Below, in pieces: positions 38,701-52,000 of a stretch of 64,000 nt of DNA. Position 1 is the first letter of the stretch, and each line of letters starts with the position of its first letter. Source of the stretch: Tubulanus polymorphus (taxonomy: Eukaryota; Animalia; Nemertea); NCBI RefSeq assembly GCF_964204645.1, contig NC_134029.1, forward strand, positions 12,116,850-12,180,849, read 5' to 3'. A program made the position numbers and the translations under genes. The notes beneath the pieces are model-generated. The model was not told the origin of the DNA and did not search any database. It saw nothing but the letters and a program-made list of their open reading frames with translations.

Positions 38701-39425
38701 CAGTACACTTTACCGACCCACAGGATATAATTTACTACTCTAAATATTATAAGCACTATTTTGTCCAAACGAAATGTTTTTCGTTCAGTCAATTGTTCGA
38801 TCGGACAGAACCGTTCCCATTCGGACAAAATTTTCTTGTCGGAACATTAAGTTTTTCGTTCAAAGAAGTATATTGTAAAAAGTTTTTTGTCCGGACACAA
38901 AGTATAAAGTATATTGTTAAATCGAACGAGAGAAGACGAAGGATACTACCTTCTTGTGTGACTCCACTAGTTAGACCGATTTATTCCAAGATGAGTTCCT
39001 TCGATTTTGGCCACCTGTTTTCCTTCAGAGAAATATGCTGAGCCATTTAAACGACCCATCTTTGATACCATTTTCGAATAGCTTGTTTAGTAATCACTAA
39101 TGTTGTACTTTATCAAATGCTTTGTCGAAATCCATAAATACTAATAGGCCTAACAGTCGATTTTCCAAAGTCAAATAACTATCTGGTTCAGTCATCCATG
39201 GTTTCAAAGTAGGCCTAATTGACTGTTTGTCGACCGTCCTTTTATACAACCGTGTTGACGGTTGAACAGGATTCTAAATTCCCTTCATATCCATGGCATG
39301 GTTTGGCTGTATCGCGTATACGCGATCGTGGTCGACACATTATCTAGACAAGATCAAGTATACGGACAAGGAAGGATATGCAGAAAACCCATTATTGCTG
39401 CTTTGCAGCTATATTTTATATTTTT
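32760..39425 (+). mobile_element. Cluster of nested or tandem family C Helentron-associated elements
   Basis: Repeated 5' ends TTAGGGTTT(T)CTG..CAGAAA (33734, ~33790-33850) and 3' ends CAGAAA(A)CC..TCGCTGCTTTGCAGCTATATT (~33700, 35830, 38356, 39380); TTCGTTCAAAC-type low-complexity tracts. Confidence 0.6.
37259..37477. mobile_element. Small GC-rich MITE (PIF/Harbinger-like)
   Basis: TTAAGCCGGGCGTA ... TGCGTCCGGCTTTAA inverted termini. Confidence 0.5.
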
Positions 39426-40273
39426 TTCTTGTTTATTTTCTATGAAATGAATTTTTGCAAACCGGTAGCCTATGTGACAGATTTTTTAACTTCACACCAG
39501 TTCAGTGAGCCACTGGACCATTGGTCCTTTATTTCCACTATCAAATACTGGTACCCGTCGAAGAACGCAATGGGCTACTTCAATGTCACATAGCAATAAT
39601 GTATCACTAAGCTTTCCATTAATCGTGTTTACCGCTAACTCGGCACAATTCTTATTTTCATTTTCGGGAATTCCAAATATTTTGATATTTTGTCGTCTGG
39701 ACTATTGGTTATTATCAATGGTGGCTTCGGGCATCGTCAAGCTTGTTTCCTTAGTCCTCAGAATATAGACGAGTTAGGCTGGTGTTTAATAACAGAACTG
39801 TATTTACTCTTTGTACAGCATAATTTACTGCTCACAGCATGCGTGCGTGCAGCTTGACAAGAGAGGTAAGACTGAATCACAAAACGTACAGTAAACGCCC
39901 ACTGAAAAAGGCGCGAAAACCGATTACCCGTGAAGCGTGTCTCTTGCCCGTTTTGCGGCAAGACGTTCCGGGCGAGCATGTTGTACTGCACCTACACAAG
40001 TGCCTCCATCGGAATCGACCGTATTTATCTCGTTAACTGAGTCAGAGCTAGAAAACTCGAGGGGATATAATTTAGTTATTGGCCGATTGGTCACACCTGT
40101 TGACGTGCGGATATCAACATGCCTAATAAGACCGTCGCAACCAGTATTAAGGCGTGTGACAACTGCAAGTCTCCAACTTAACCGAGGACCTTCGTTGTGC
40201 ACAATTACAACATCACCCTTCTTGATACTTCGAACCGTGGTACCAGAGCGAGTGTGTTTCTCTCGTAAAGCGG

Positions 40274-41188
40274 TCAAATATTCATTTCGCCAGCGGTCAT
40301 TGAAATGATGTAGTAAAAAGGCACGATGTTTTGCTCTTTGTCGTATGACAGTAGCATCAATGAAATCAGGGTCTGCAGAGATGGCGTGATGGCATCTGGA
40401 TCTCTTAGATCAGTAGAAACATGTGTCAAGGGTCGGTCATTTAGCATAGATTCTATCTCAGACAAAAGCGTTTGTAATTCATCTCGGTCCAGTTTGTTTT
40501 TCCGCATGACTTTCTTAAGTAAGGTTTTTGTCATGCCGATTACCCTTTCCCAAAATCCACCAAACCACGGTGCTCTTTTCGGTATGAAAAACCAAGAACA
40601 ACTATTTTTAGCAAGATGTGTTTTGATGGCGTGGTTTTCGATGAGAGATTTGATTATCTCAGTCGAACATTCGAACGTCGATTGATTATCTGACATCATG
40701 AGAGACGGTACACTACGACGACTGCAAAAACGACGAAAAGCTAACAAAAATGAGTGAGTCGTCATGTTAGGTGTCAGTTCTAGATGGATGCATCTTGTTA
40801 CAGCACAGGTAAACAAACAGATGTAAGAATCTTCTCCGCCTCGACCTGTTATTTTGCCGGTTTAGTCTACCCCAGTAATTGCAAATGGAGCGGCGCTTTG
40901 AACTCTATTTGTCGGAAGAGGAGATGGATTTGGATATGCATATGGTTGCGCATGAAGCTTTTTGCAAGGGATGCAGCGATTAAGATCCTTTTTTGTGAGT
41001 TGAGTCAAACATGGAATCCAGATATCTTGCCAAACTTTAGCGACAGTATTAGTTATCCATGAGTGCAGGATATCTTCGTGAGTCTGCAGAACGATTAGTG
41101 TCGATAAGTGATGATGTGGAGAGAGTAAAATAGGGAATTTAGTGCGATCCTGTAATTGTGCATTATGAATGCGACCCTGCGATCTCAA
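40274..41188 (-). pseudogene. BEL/Pao integrase (fragmented)
   Basis: H..H..C..C zinc finger, GVD, FTCAVTRCIHLEL, SDN, WFGGFWER, NDRPLT; split by stop/frameshift. Confidence 0.92.
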
Positions 41189-41444
41189 TACAGAGTCTTT
41201 ATCTAGATATAAGCTGAGTTTTTTTTGATACGATCGTTCGTTTTGTGTGTAATAAGCAATCTGATCTCAGACTCATAAGTTTGTCTCTGACTGCATTTAA
41301 CCCAACAAGTGAAAACTGTTGACAATTCAATGAACGTTGGAGGACCTGTTTCCACAGGTGATTGCCCCCTACAAATGGTCAGAAATCTGAACACAAAAAC
41401 CGGTGTGACAAGTAAACGCTGTAGACTTGAAAATTCTTCAACGT

Positions 41445-42152
41445 TCATGATTGCGTCAATGCGATGTGAAAATTAATCAGAGCGGCAAACGAAGATAAAT
41501 CGCTGTCTATCACCCGTACCAAGGAAACTGATGTCAATTGGCTATTGAAGTCAACCAGGAAGGATGGACCCTGCCACCACAAGTTACTTCCTAAAAGCGT
41601 CTCAAAAGAACAACCTCTACTTACTAAATCTGCAGGATTATCTGATGATGAAAAATGTTGCCAAGAAATTGTGAGGTTACCCTTATCAATCTCAGAAGCG
41701 ATCTCCTTCAAACGATTAGTCTCAAACTGTCTCAAAATCTTATCACCAGTGATCCAAGCAAGAACAATTTCGCTGTCTGAAAATATGGTTGCTTGTAGCT
41801 TTAATTCAAGACTGGAAATTACGTTTGAAAGTAAACGCATACCAATGCAAACAGCCATCAATTCTAGTCGAGGGATAGATAATTGTTTGATCGGTGCTAC
41901 TCTGCTCTTGGCTGTTAACAATGAAACAGATGAACCACAGCGTATATAAATAACAGCCCCGTATGCGACCTTACTAGCATCACAAAAGACAAAATACTCA
42001 TCTTCTCCAGAGAGAGAGAAACACTGACGCGGGAACTTCAATTCACTAAATTTACTGAAATCACATATGATACTGAACCATTCAGCTTGAAGTTCTTCAC
42101 TGATCGGATTGTCCCAGTCACACTGTAACTGCCACAATTTTTGAACTAGCAA
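41445..42152 (-). pseudogene. BEL/Pao RNase H region
   Basis: FCDASKVAYGAVIY, KSRVAP, IPRLEL, SDS, NPADLVSRG, WWQGP. Confidence 0.93.
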
Positions 42153-42214
42153 CTTTCCTCTAAGTGAAACCGGTGATACTAAACCTAAAGGATCGAAAAT
42201 CTTCGAAGTGTCAC

Positions 42215-44332
42215 TTAAAACCTGACGTTTTGTGACAACAGATGCATCAGTAAGAACATTTCATCAGTTGTGGCGTCCCACATCATACCAACAACGGATG
42301 TGATGCCTGGATCATGAATGCCGTTTTCTTGAGCGATTTTAACAACTTCAGAAGAATTTGAAGACCATGCTCGTAGATTGAACCCACCAAGCTGAAGCAA
42401 GCTCCTAGAAGTAGAAAAGAAATCTACTGCCTTGGCTTCAGATTCTAAGCTGCAGATGACATTGTCGACGTAGATGCTCTGCTTGATACTATCTGAAACT
42501 TCACATGGATTTAATTTGATGTGCTTCAATATTGTCGCATTGAGGATAAAAGGGCTACAAGTTGCTCCAAACAGAACGACACGAAATCTCCAGGTAATGA
42601 GTCTACTATTTGGATTAGCTGGGTCTTCTAACCATAAAATCCTGCAAAAATCCCTGTCATCTGGATGTAGATCAACCATGAGAAACGCCTTCTCAACGTC
42701 CGATACAGTTGCGATGGAATGTTGTCGGAAACGAAGCAAAATACCAAAAATGTCATTTTGTAACCTTGGTCCAGCTTCAAGACCATCATTTAGAGAAACT
42801 GAATGTTTTGAACCTCTACAAGAGCAATCATAAACTATGCGAACTGGTGTAGATGCCGAGTTACGATAGACTGCATGATGGGGAATATAATGACATGCAC
42901 CTTCGGCCTGAGCATTGGAGACTACCTCGATAAAACCACGTTGACAGTGTTCTTCGATGATAGATGCATACTGCGCGAGATGACCTGATTTAACTAATCT
43001 ATCAATTGTAGAACGAGTTCGATGTAAACAAATGCTATAATTTGTCGGTAATTCTGGGTGGTTCAATTTCCAAGGAAGTCTAGCGATGTACTTTTTATTC
43101 TCGTGGTCGTAAGTCAATGAATCTTTACAATAACGTTCAGCTGTTAGTACCTCATCGTCAGAAGCAGGGTGTTTGATTCCTAACGATTCTAAAGACAAGA
43201 AATCATGAAATTCTTCTAACTGCACTTCGACCTTGGATGTAGACTCATCAACCGTCAAAAAAGAAGCTGATATAGGAAATACAGGTGGAGTAGATGGCAT
43301 CGGACCTGATATTAAATGTCCAACCCAACTAGGAATAACGACAGGTTGGGCCTCATCACCACAACAGGTAAAACCCTTTTCTATAAATCTATAGTAGAAA
43401 TCAGAACCTATCAACATTCCAACATTGAAAAGTTTTTCAGCATTGATAGGATGAGCAAGAGTGAGTTTCTTTATTATAGGATAATGTAATAAGGTAGTTC
43501 TATCACCGAGAAATATTGGTCTCCCAACTTGAGGTACGACTAAAGCTTCTATTTCTATTGTTGGATTGTCAGAACAAACGACCTTCACCCTTACTACATC
43601 TAAAACTCGGAATTGTGGTTCTAACTCTTTCCCTCCAAACCCACTGACATTAACATTTTCAGTGCGGATGGACTTCAGCCCAAGCGTATCTACTAAGTGA
43701 CGATTTATGAACGAACGCTGTGAACCGTCGTCAAAAAGGACACCTGAATCATGTGAGTAAATACAACCTGAAATGCGCACAATTGCGGTCTTTAATAGAA
43801 TCGAAGCATTAACTGTGTTTACTACACTACTAGAAATGCTTTTTGAATCAGTTCGTTTAACTCTATTTTTGTCGTGTTCGCGCTCGATCAATGAGACTGA
43901 ACTATTATCAGAATTCTGAAATGAAGTACCTGAATCTAGCCGATTTTCAAAATTCGATCTTTTTGCTTCAAACCCCTCACATATACTAGTGTGGTGTTTT
44001 TTGTCACACTTTTTACACCTGGTTTCAGATTTGCAATCTTTGATAACGTGATCATTTCGCAAACAATTAAAACACAAACCTCGATCTTTGATTATACGTT
44101 TTCTAGCCAGAATTGAACTACATTTCATACAATTATTTGAGGAGTGATCACCTTTGCAATACGCACATTTCCTATTGGAAAATGGATAATGCCTAGATTT
44201 ACCAGTAATTGTGCCAGTAGCTACAAAAGAATTAACCTCGTTTCGTTCTTCAAATGAAATATTTCTGCTATCTGAGTTACATAATTCTAAGATATCAATT
44301 TCATTTTTTAGACATAATAGAAGATCCACCAA
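42215..44332 (-). pseudogene. BEL/Pao gag zinc knuckles, protease and RT
   Basis: CFNCLRNDHVIKDC, LFDDGSQRSFI, YIPHHAV, RIVYD, DVEKAF, FGATCSPF, YVDN. Confidence 0.94.
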
Positions 44333-44347
44333 TGTCTAATCGACGCA

Positions 44348-45160
44348 TTATCGACCACGCGATATATTTTGAACGGTAGATAACGGTAACTTTTCGAGAA
44401 GAACCGGCACTAACAAATCACCATACGAATCTGGTTGTTTTCCTAGGCTTTCGAGGGAACGAACGTAGATGTTAATATTATCGTAAAACGAACGCAATTC
44501 CGATACGGATGATGACGGTTTCCTGATGTTAAGAAGCGCTTTCATGTAAACTTTTACGAGCTTTTGCGGCTTTCCAAATCGATCGATGAGCAATTCTACG
44601 GCGTGGTTGTAACTATCTCCTGATGCAGATAACCCAGAAACACACGACAACGCGGTTCCTGATAAACACGATTTCAGATACGCAAATTTATTAACTTCTG
44701 GCAATTGGACATTATTATGAACGCACGATTCAAACGAATCCCAGAAATTTCTCCATTGTAACGGATCGCCATTGAATTTCGGTAACGTAAGTTTCGGCAA
44801 CTTTACTGACGAACTGAAACTACTGGTTGGGACGCAACGGTCGGGTATATTTTCCTGTTTAATTTCACGTATTAACGCCCGTGCTTTCCACAACGCTTCA
44901 TCTGCGGATTTTTCGTAGGTTTCGTGTTCCGACCAGCACGATTCTAACTCGCTGGGATCCACAACGTTTATAAATTCTTCGTGGTTACACGACAACGTAT
45001 GGAATTTCGATTCTAATTTCGTTGTAATGTCTTCCAACAAACTGGTATCGTCGGAATGGGCAGACACTAAACGATCAAGTTCGTTGACGTACCTTGTTAC
45101 TGCTCGTCTGATTCCTGTTCTGTTTCCCTTCAAACGAAGTTTCTCGTCTGAAGCTGACAT
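44348..45160 (-). pseudogene. BEL/Pao gag N-terminal part
   Basis: VKLPKLTLPKFNGDPLQWRNFWDSF..KFAYLKSCL; ATG directly after the PBS; stop before the downstream ORF. Confidence 0.92.
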
Positions 45161-46027
45161 TTTTCACGTTTCGAGGGACCATTTATGTTTCCTTAGTCCT
45201 CAGAATATAGACGAGTTAGGCTGGTGTTTAATAACAGAACTTTATTTACTCTATGTACAGCATAATTTACTGCTCACAGCATGCGTGCGTGCAGCTTGAC
45301 AAGAGAGGTAAGACTGAATCACAAAACGTACAGTAAAAGCCCACTGAAAAAGGAGCGAAAACCGATTACCCGTGAAGCGTGTCGGAATACCGACACAGCT
45401 CATTCCGTATATGAATCATTTCGCTTTTTAAAGGCCGAGGAGTATGGATGCTAGTTAACCGGGTGGCAAACACTTGAGATCGGCCCTCCCACTAACTACA
45501 GTATCTTGTTTATAATGTTTACAGGGAGCGAGGATGGCTCACAAGAGAAAACCAGTTCACACACAGTTGAATTTGACAAATTCATAAAAGTTTTCGTATC
45601 AAGTTCTAAACTAATTTTAAATAATCTAGTCATAGTGGGAATGAAAATCTGATGCTAGCTCTCATTTTTGTTGAGATAGGGCCAAGATTAAAGATTTTAG
45701 GGACATTTCAAATTTTTTGAAAATCATTAATTTTTATCCGATTTCGATGAAATTTGGACGCAACATTGATGGTAGATAGCTAAACAAGTGTATGAAATAT
45801 CAGACTGATCCATTGACCATAGAAAAAGTTTTGATGTTGCCAAATTTTGGTACTATGAATGAGGCTATGTTTTGTTTATGTATACTGATGACTATAGGTA
45901 TCAAATTACTGTTAATGTGCGCTGTGAGCTACACTAATTCACTGGATGACTCCTCCCTCTATGTCATTCAAAGATTCAAATTTTGATTGAAATACCAACT
46001 AAAAAGCTTAATTTCTCGAAAAGGAGG

Positions 46028-49000
46028 TAGTCAGCCAGCCAATCATGGAAAATTCGACGATCACGGCATTTTTTGTTACAGCTTGGCATCCGTGCTCATT
46101 TGATAGCAGAGTATGTGGGCTATCATGTGTGGTGGATGCCTTTTACAATTTTTTCGTTTTTTGGCCTACAGGGGGCGTTAAAGTCAGACATTTTGAAATT
46201 TAAACATCTTCATTTTCATTTGGCAAGGAAATACACTTTAAACTACTTTTGCTAAATAATTCGAATATCTCATCTTAGGTTTGGAGTAATTTTACAATCT
46301 AAACCTTTTCTGAGTTGGGGGATTGCAGCGCATATAGCGCTACGTTAATTTTATGCAAACGTTCATTTGTTACCTAGTTACAGCAGCAACAATCGTGTAA
46401 TATTCCCTTGAAAATAGCGAATTTCTTATAAAATATTCATTTTAAAGGTTATTGGCTCAAATAGTGATGTTGTTAATGTTTTTTGTTGATTATTTTGATA
46501 TTTCTTTAAACTTACTTATAACTCGTATGTACTTGGTCAATATCGGGATTAACTGTTTATTGGTTTCTATGGTAACAACACTTCAAATCTGCGTTCTTCA
46601 TCCGTCAGGTACCGGTATTTTGGGCGTTGGGTCTTTCGTGACATTCCAAATGTCCTCAAACTTGCCTAAAGTCTTCAACCATGTATTGGACCGCTTATTA
46701 CTACGTCTTGCAAACAACTGAATTGCAACAATGGTAACCATTGTTGCAATTGCAGTAAAATCGCGTAATTTGTCCACATTCTTGACGTAACCAATGGATT
46801 AATTGAGGATGCGTTTATTTAAAACCATATTTAATCTTTTTTCTTTAAAATTTTAAAATCATTCCATATTCGTTCACGAGTAAATCTTAACTAAACGTTG
46901 TCACCATGGTAACCATACATTTTATGCATTTATTTGAAAAAATAGATTTTCTCCCATATCTTTTGAACCCTTTCACCGAATTTGTCGAATGAAAGCTCAT
47001 TTTTGAGGCAATTCCTTGAATTTTCTTTACTTCTAGGGCATGATACTACTTAACCTTTAGTTTAACTAATATTCCCTAAACCGCAATTTACTTTTGTATC
47101 ATTATTTAGGCAGTTTTCGTGGCAACAGCCACATGCAGATGTACAAGTGACATTATTCTTTCTGCATTTACAGTTGGCGCGGCTGCAATCAGTCTTACAT
47201 TTACAAGAAACCAATTCGGGACATGCAGCTGGAATAGCAGGAATAGTTTTGAAGATAGGAACCAGCTTATTATTCCCTTTCAGTTCCCAGCCTCCGGTTG
47301 CAGCTGCTTGTCCATGTTCATATAGGGGCTGGTTTGCATGTAGCCATATTTTTGCTTGATAGTTTGCACGGGCTATATGACGTTGTAATGCATCTTTAGT
47401 TGGGGGTAACTTCTCTAATTCTATATTTCCTTTCCGAAAGATGTCACTACGGCATTTATTAACATCAACTGAATCTGAGTTTGTACCGTATAGTTTACAT
47501 ACATAAGCTTCAGCTTGTTCAGTTTCTCGATCTCGACCAATACCTCTCAGTAGTTCTGGCTGTTTCTTGTATTCAGACCAACATTTTATTTTACCATATC
47601 CAGCAAAGGATGAAGTAGAGTCACATCCCGTTAGAGCATGAAATCCTAATATGGTCTCAATTATGTTGTTTGGCAGGCCATTTGAGATTAAATTGATATT
47701 GTAACATTTCGATGCCTTTCCCTGGGTTACAAGCCACGCGTGAATGTTCAAATGCCCAAGATGATACACCATCAGCAATAAAATGTCCGTATCATCTGCA
47801 TGTACGAATATCTGTTGATATCCCATCTTCACAGCATGAAGTGCATGGGCGATGATTCGGTTATCACTCTCTTCTTGTTTCGAACGCAAATCATCAATTT
47901 CACCTAGTAGATTCATAGCTACATCTCCAAATCCTCCACTGACCACTAGTTCGCTATTTTGAGGGATATTTGCATTTTCGACGATATATTTTGATAGGTA
48001 GTTTACCAACGCTTCTTTATTTTCGGAAGACGACATAAACCGACTCCACACCTAGATTTCAATGCAAGAAATAAGTTCTCAATCTCATATCATTAGTTAC
48101 AAAGTAACAAAATATACACCATCAGGTGTGAGTTACATACTTGTGGAAGTGGTGTAGCTGGATCAACTAACGTTCGTATTGGTGAATGTTGCTTTCCGTT
48201 TCTCTGTGCACGTGTTGAATACTTGATTGAGGTATCAAAATACCGATCAAAGACAACATCAACCCTGTTGACTCTTTTGTAGAAACCACATACGACAGTT
48301 AGAAAATGGTTTGCATACTCATGAAAATTATGCATCATTTTAGGTCTTCCAATGTAATGAATCAGTGCTAATCCATCAACGACGAATGCACGTTTATGAT
48401 ACAGTGCATGATTTGGTATTTCTTCAAGCGGTTCCACTCTCGTTTCATCTATCAAGATCTTGAACATTTTGCTTTTTGTAGTTTTTCGCATTGAACTGTC
48501 ATTAGAAACTAGTGATAGGGGCAAGTCGCACAACTCATGTGTGAGAACTGAATCTAAATCGATATGTCTACCCTCATTGGCCACCACTAACATTTTCTGT
48601 AGCACCTTTGAGTGTTCTTTCGTTTGAACTTTGTTACAGGTTACAGGTTGTTTTTTGTACAAATCAGCGAATGTCCTTGACTTGCATTTCAAAATTGGTG
48701 CGTAAAATGGTGTCTTATCACTCTGTAATCTTTCCGAAATAAACATTTCAATTTTGTTTTCTCCTCTGGATTTTGCTGTCAGTAGGTCGTTGGAAATTTC
48801 CTTCGTGGCAATCTCTTTGGAGCATAATGATACGATATCATTCGGGTTACTGTTGAAGTGCTGAAATAAACATCATCACGAAATAAAATGTCGAAAGTAA
48901 TATTTTTCTTTACATCCAAGATATTCTATTTACCTCAAACCGTTTAAATGTCTCCATTACATTACCAATTGAGATTTCATCATTATGAATCGTAGACGGT

Positions 49001-52000
49001 AATGCATCCTTCCTCGTAACGATTTTATCTCCATCTTGAACAAGACCGAGAAGCAGTCTACACTGTTGACTCAAAGATGACTTAACAGCCCATGTCAGAC
49101 AAAATTTTTCTCGAGTTTGTTCGTCTCTGCTGATACCGATGATACCATTTGATAGCTTACATATCTTATTAATCCACTCAGTCCCATGATCTAGTGGGAT
49201 TTTGTTGAAATACCCATCCGAAAACTTCACAACGAAATTTCCTTAAATAAAATTATTTATGAAATAGACTTTTCAAAATCTTTTTCAAAGCACAAATTCT
49301 TTATTTTCAAAATTTACCTCGAAGAAATTCTCTGTGTACCATAGGAGCTGTTGATGATAAAGCCTTCATCTCAGTCAGATAGACTACGCCCCACGTTGAA
49401 TAATTATAGTGATCATAAATGGCCATCCATGGGAGCATGGCTTCAAACGAATCTAAATGCAATTGCCAATTTCCAGTTCTGCAGGAACGGATAAAATCAA
49501 GCATTATTTCGACCATCTCTAAATATGTATCCCAAAAGCGCTCAGTTCCTGTTTTCGTTCGTCTTATATGAGCATCTCGAATCTGACTTTCAGATATGAT
49601 CTGTGATAGCTCGTTAATTGTTTCTAGAATAAAGAACATGTGCAGCGTGATGAAATGACTTATTTAGGCCTATGTAAAACTAGTTACTTTTCTTAATACT
49701 TACGCAGATACATAGTTTGGTTTTTTTCTAGCTTAAATTTAATTTGCTGTTGAATATTATTGACGATTCGATCATGTGCTACTGGATATTTGATAGCTAG
49801 ATGATTGATTGTGCTTTCTAACAGTAGGCGCTTAATTGTAATATGTAATAAGATGACCTCTGATCGCTCTGTAGTATGCTTTGCCCTCTAGAATCGCGTC
49901 AATGCTATTCTTGGCAAACAATTGAGACTCTATCCATAAGTCTTCTAATCCAGATTTAGCCATGTGCTGTCCTATAGCTTTTTGAAAATTCATTAATATA
50001 TGAAGATGACCGAGGACAGTAACAATGTGATTGTACTTTGGTGCGTTGCGCCATAAGATCTCCTTCATACGGCCGTAAAGAGGCTGGTCTCCTGATACTA
50101 TGACGAAGGGTTGGTTCAGAGATTCGGAAATATGGCAAAATCGATTCAGAACAGTGATAACTGTATCATCATTGTCCGCTTGCGATGGTAAAATTGGCAG
50201 CACTGCCACTTTGGTTACTGGTGTGCAAAATCTTTCATTCTCCACTTTGGCCATTTCACACAATGCATTGTACCCAGACCAACCTGGAACGACTTTATGA
50301 CCATTGATTCTTGACAAAAGCCAGCACAATTCAACATTTCTAGTCATTTCTCTTTCAGAACTTGGTAAAAACCAGTCCGTGTTAAGTTCAAATTTGCCTG
50401 GCGTGCCTCGTCCTAAATTAGATTTGAAACAATCAAAATTCACTGATGAACGACACAATTTGATTTCAGTTATTATGATCTGAAGGAGTTTTAGTGACCT
50501 TGCTGATTTTTACCTACCTCTATTATAAACATAATCGAGTTCATGAAATTGTCGTATTTTATTTCTACATAGATTTCGATCTCTTTGTATCTTCTTGTCT
50601 TCACTGGATATTGACTGCTGGTTATTTGCTTGAAATAATACCATTTGAGTACTGTGGGTGGTACCATTCCCATCCGGAGTATTTTCAAGGATGTCTATAT
50701 TGTCGAATGCTGAAAGAATTGGTTTTCCAGGCTCATACATTGTAAGTTCTGTGGGTATGTACAACCCATTTTCTGTACTGTTTTCTAAGGCATCATTTGC
50801 TATACTCGTATCAATTCGTCGTATGGTATCAATTCCTATGGTGTGACCAGCAGCATGAAAAAGTGTTACCAATCCTTCAGATCGCGTTGCTTGATGAAGA
50901 GCTATACCTAACCCAATATGCTTCGGGGTCAACTTTCTGTGATGTGATGCAGCGTATATGATATCTTGGGCTATGTTTTCAACTTGTCTAGTAGATTCTT
51001 CTATGTTCTCGACAACATTTTCACCATTTATCAAAACTTCAAGAAATTTGCGTAGAGTATTTGGGATTATGTTTTTAACATGGCTGCTGTCAATATGATT
51101 CCAGCCTGAGTGACCAGGTGTGCTATCGAGATATTTCCGTAGAGAGAGCGCAAGGTGAAACAAATCGCATTCAATGTCATTTTGACTTTTGAAATCAAAA
51201 GAATCTCCTTGTCCTAAATGCTGTGAATCGGAAGTCTTAATTGATTTAACTAGAAGAGAACCATCTATCATAGACTTTGGTAGCAATATAGCAGAATCAT
51301 CTCTGCAATGACCCCTGTAAAATTAGAGACCACTTTTTAAAATACATCCAGTACTATAAAAAATGATAATGATTTGATGCGCGATATCATATTGTCGCAT
51401 AATTCTGATATGCTCCGTATATTCGATGTAAACCGACTATACGCACTGAAATACTAATTGTTATTTTTTCTGGTTTTGATTGGGCGAAAGAGTTTGAGAA
51501 ATTCATTTACCGGAGTTTACCAAATGCTGGACCTAGTCTGGCTATGATAGCTTTGATAAAGGTGGATCTTCTTGAAATGAAACTGGCTTTTGGTTCCTCT
51601 GACAGCTCTAGATATGTGTCCTGAATTTCTTTCATCGAATAATATTTTCCAGTCTCGAAACCATTCTGAATCTTTTCCAAAACGTTTTCAAATGCCTCGT
51701 CGTTTTCACGTGGAGTTTCGGCACTATCAATAGCAACCATGTTCCGTTTTAATTTTACCAAACACTGGAGATGGTATTTACAATTCAGCAGACAAGTTTG
51801 AGTTGCCAGCCTCAAACGTAAATTTTGGTCGTGAATAGCTTTTGTTAAGATCATTTTTTTTTTGTCAAGTTTTCTGATGAAATATGGCGCACTTTCTCCT
51901 TGGATTTTTTCTGGCATAATAAGCACAGATCCCTGTCAAATGACGCAGTCTGTCCTTTACTTGCAAGAGCAGTTCGTGTTTCGGGTCTCAGTTCTTCATT

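Larger units (their letters stand above)
39744..45395 (-). mobile_element. Near full-length BEL/Pao LTR retrotransposon with disrupted gag-pol
   Basis: LTRs 39744-~39941 and 45186-45395 (about 4 mismatches); TSD AAGCT/CAGCT; PBS TGGTCCCTCGA (tRNA-Tyr-like) at 45181; ORFs with LPKLTLPKFNG/FWDSF gag, three Cys-His knuckles, DDGSQRSF protease, YVDN RT, DASKVAYG RNase H, SDNQSTF/APWFGGFWER integrase. Confidence 0.96.

Noticed and set aside
46073-46721. ORFs 46073..46255 and 46452..46721 mirrored at 53723..54443
   Set aside because: Duplicated only because they lie within the Academ TIRs; no recognisable motifs
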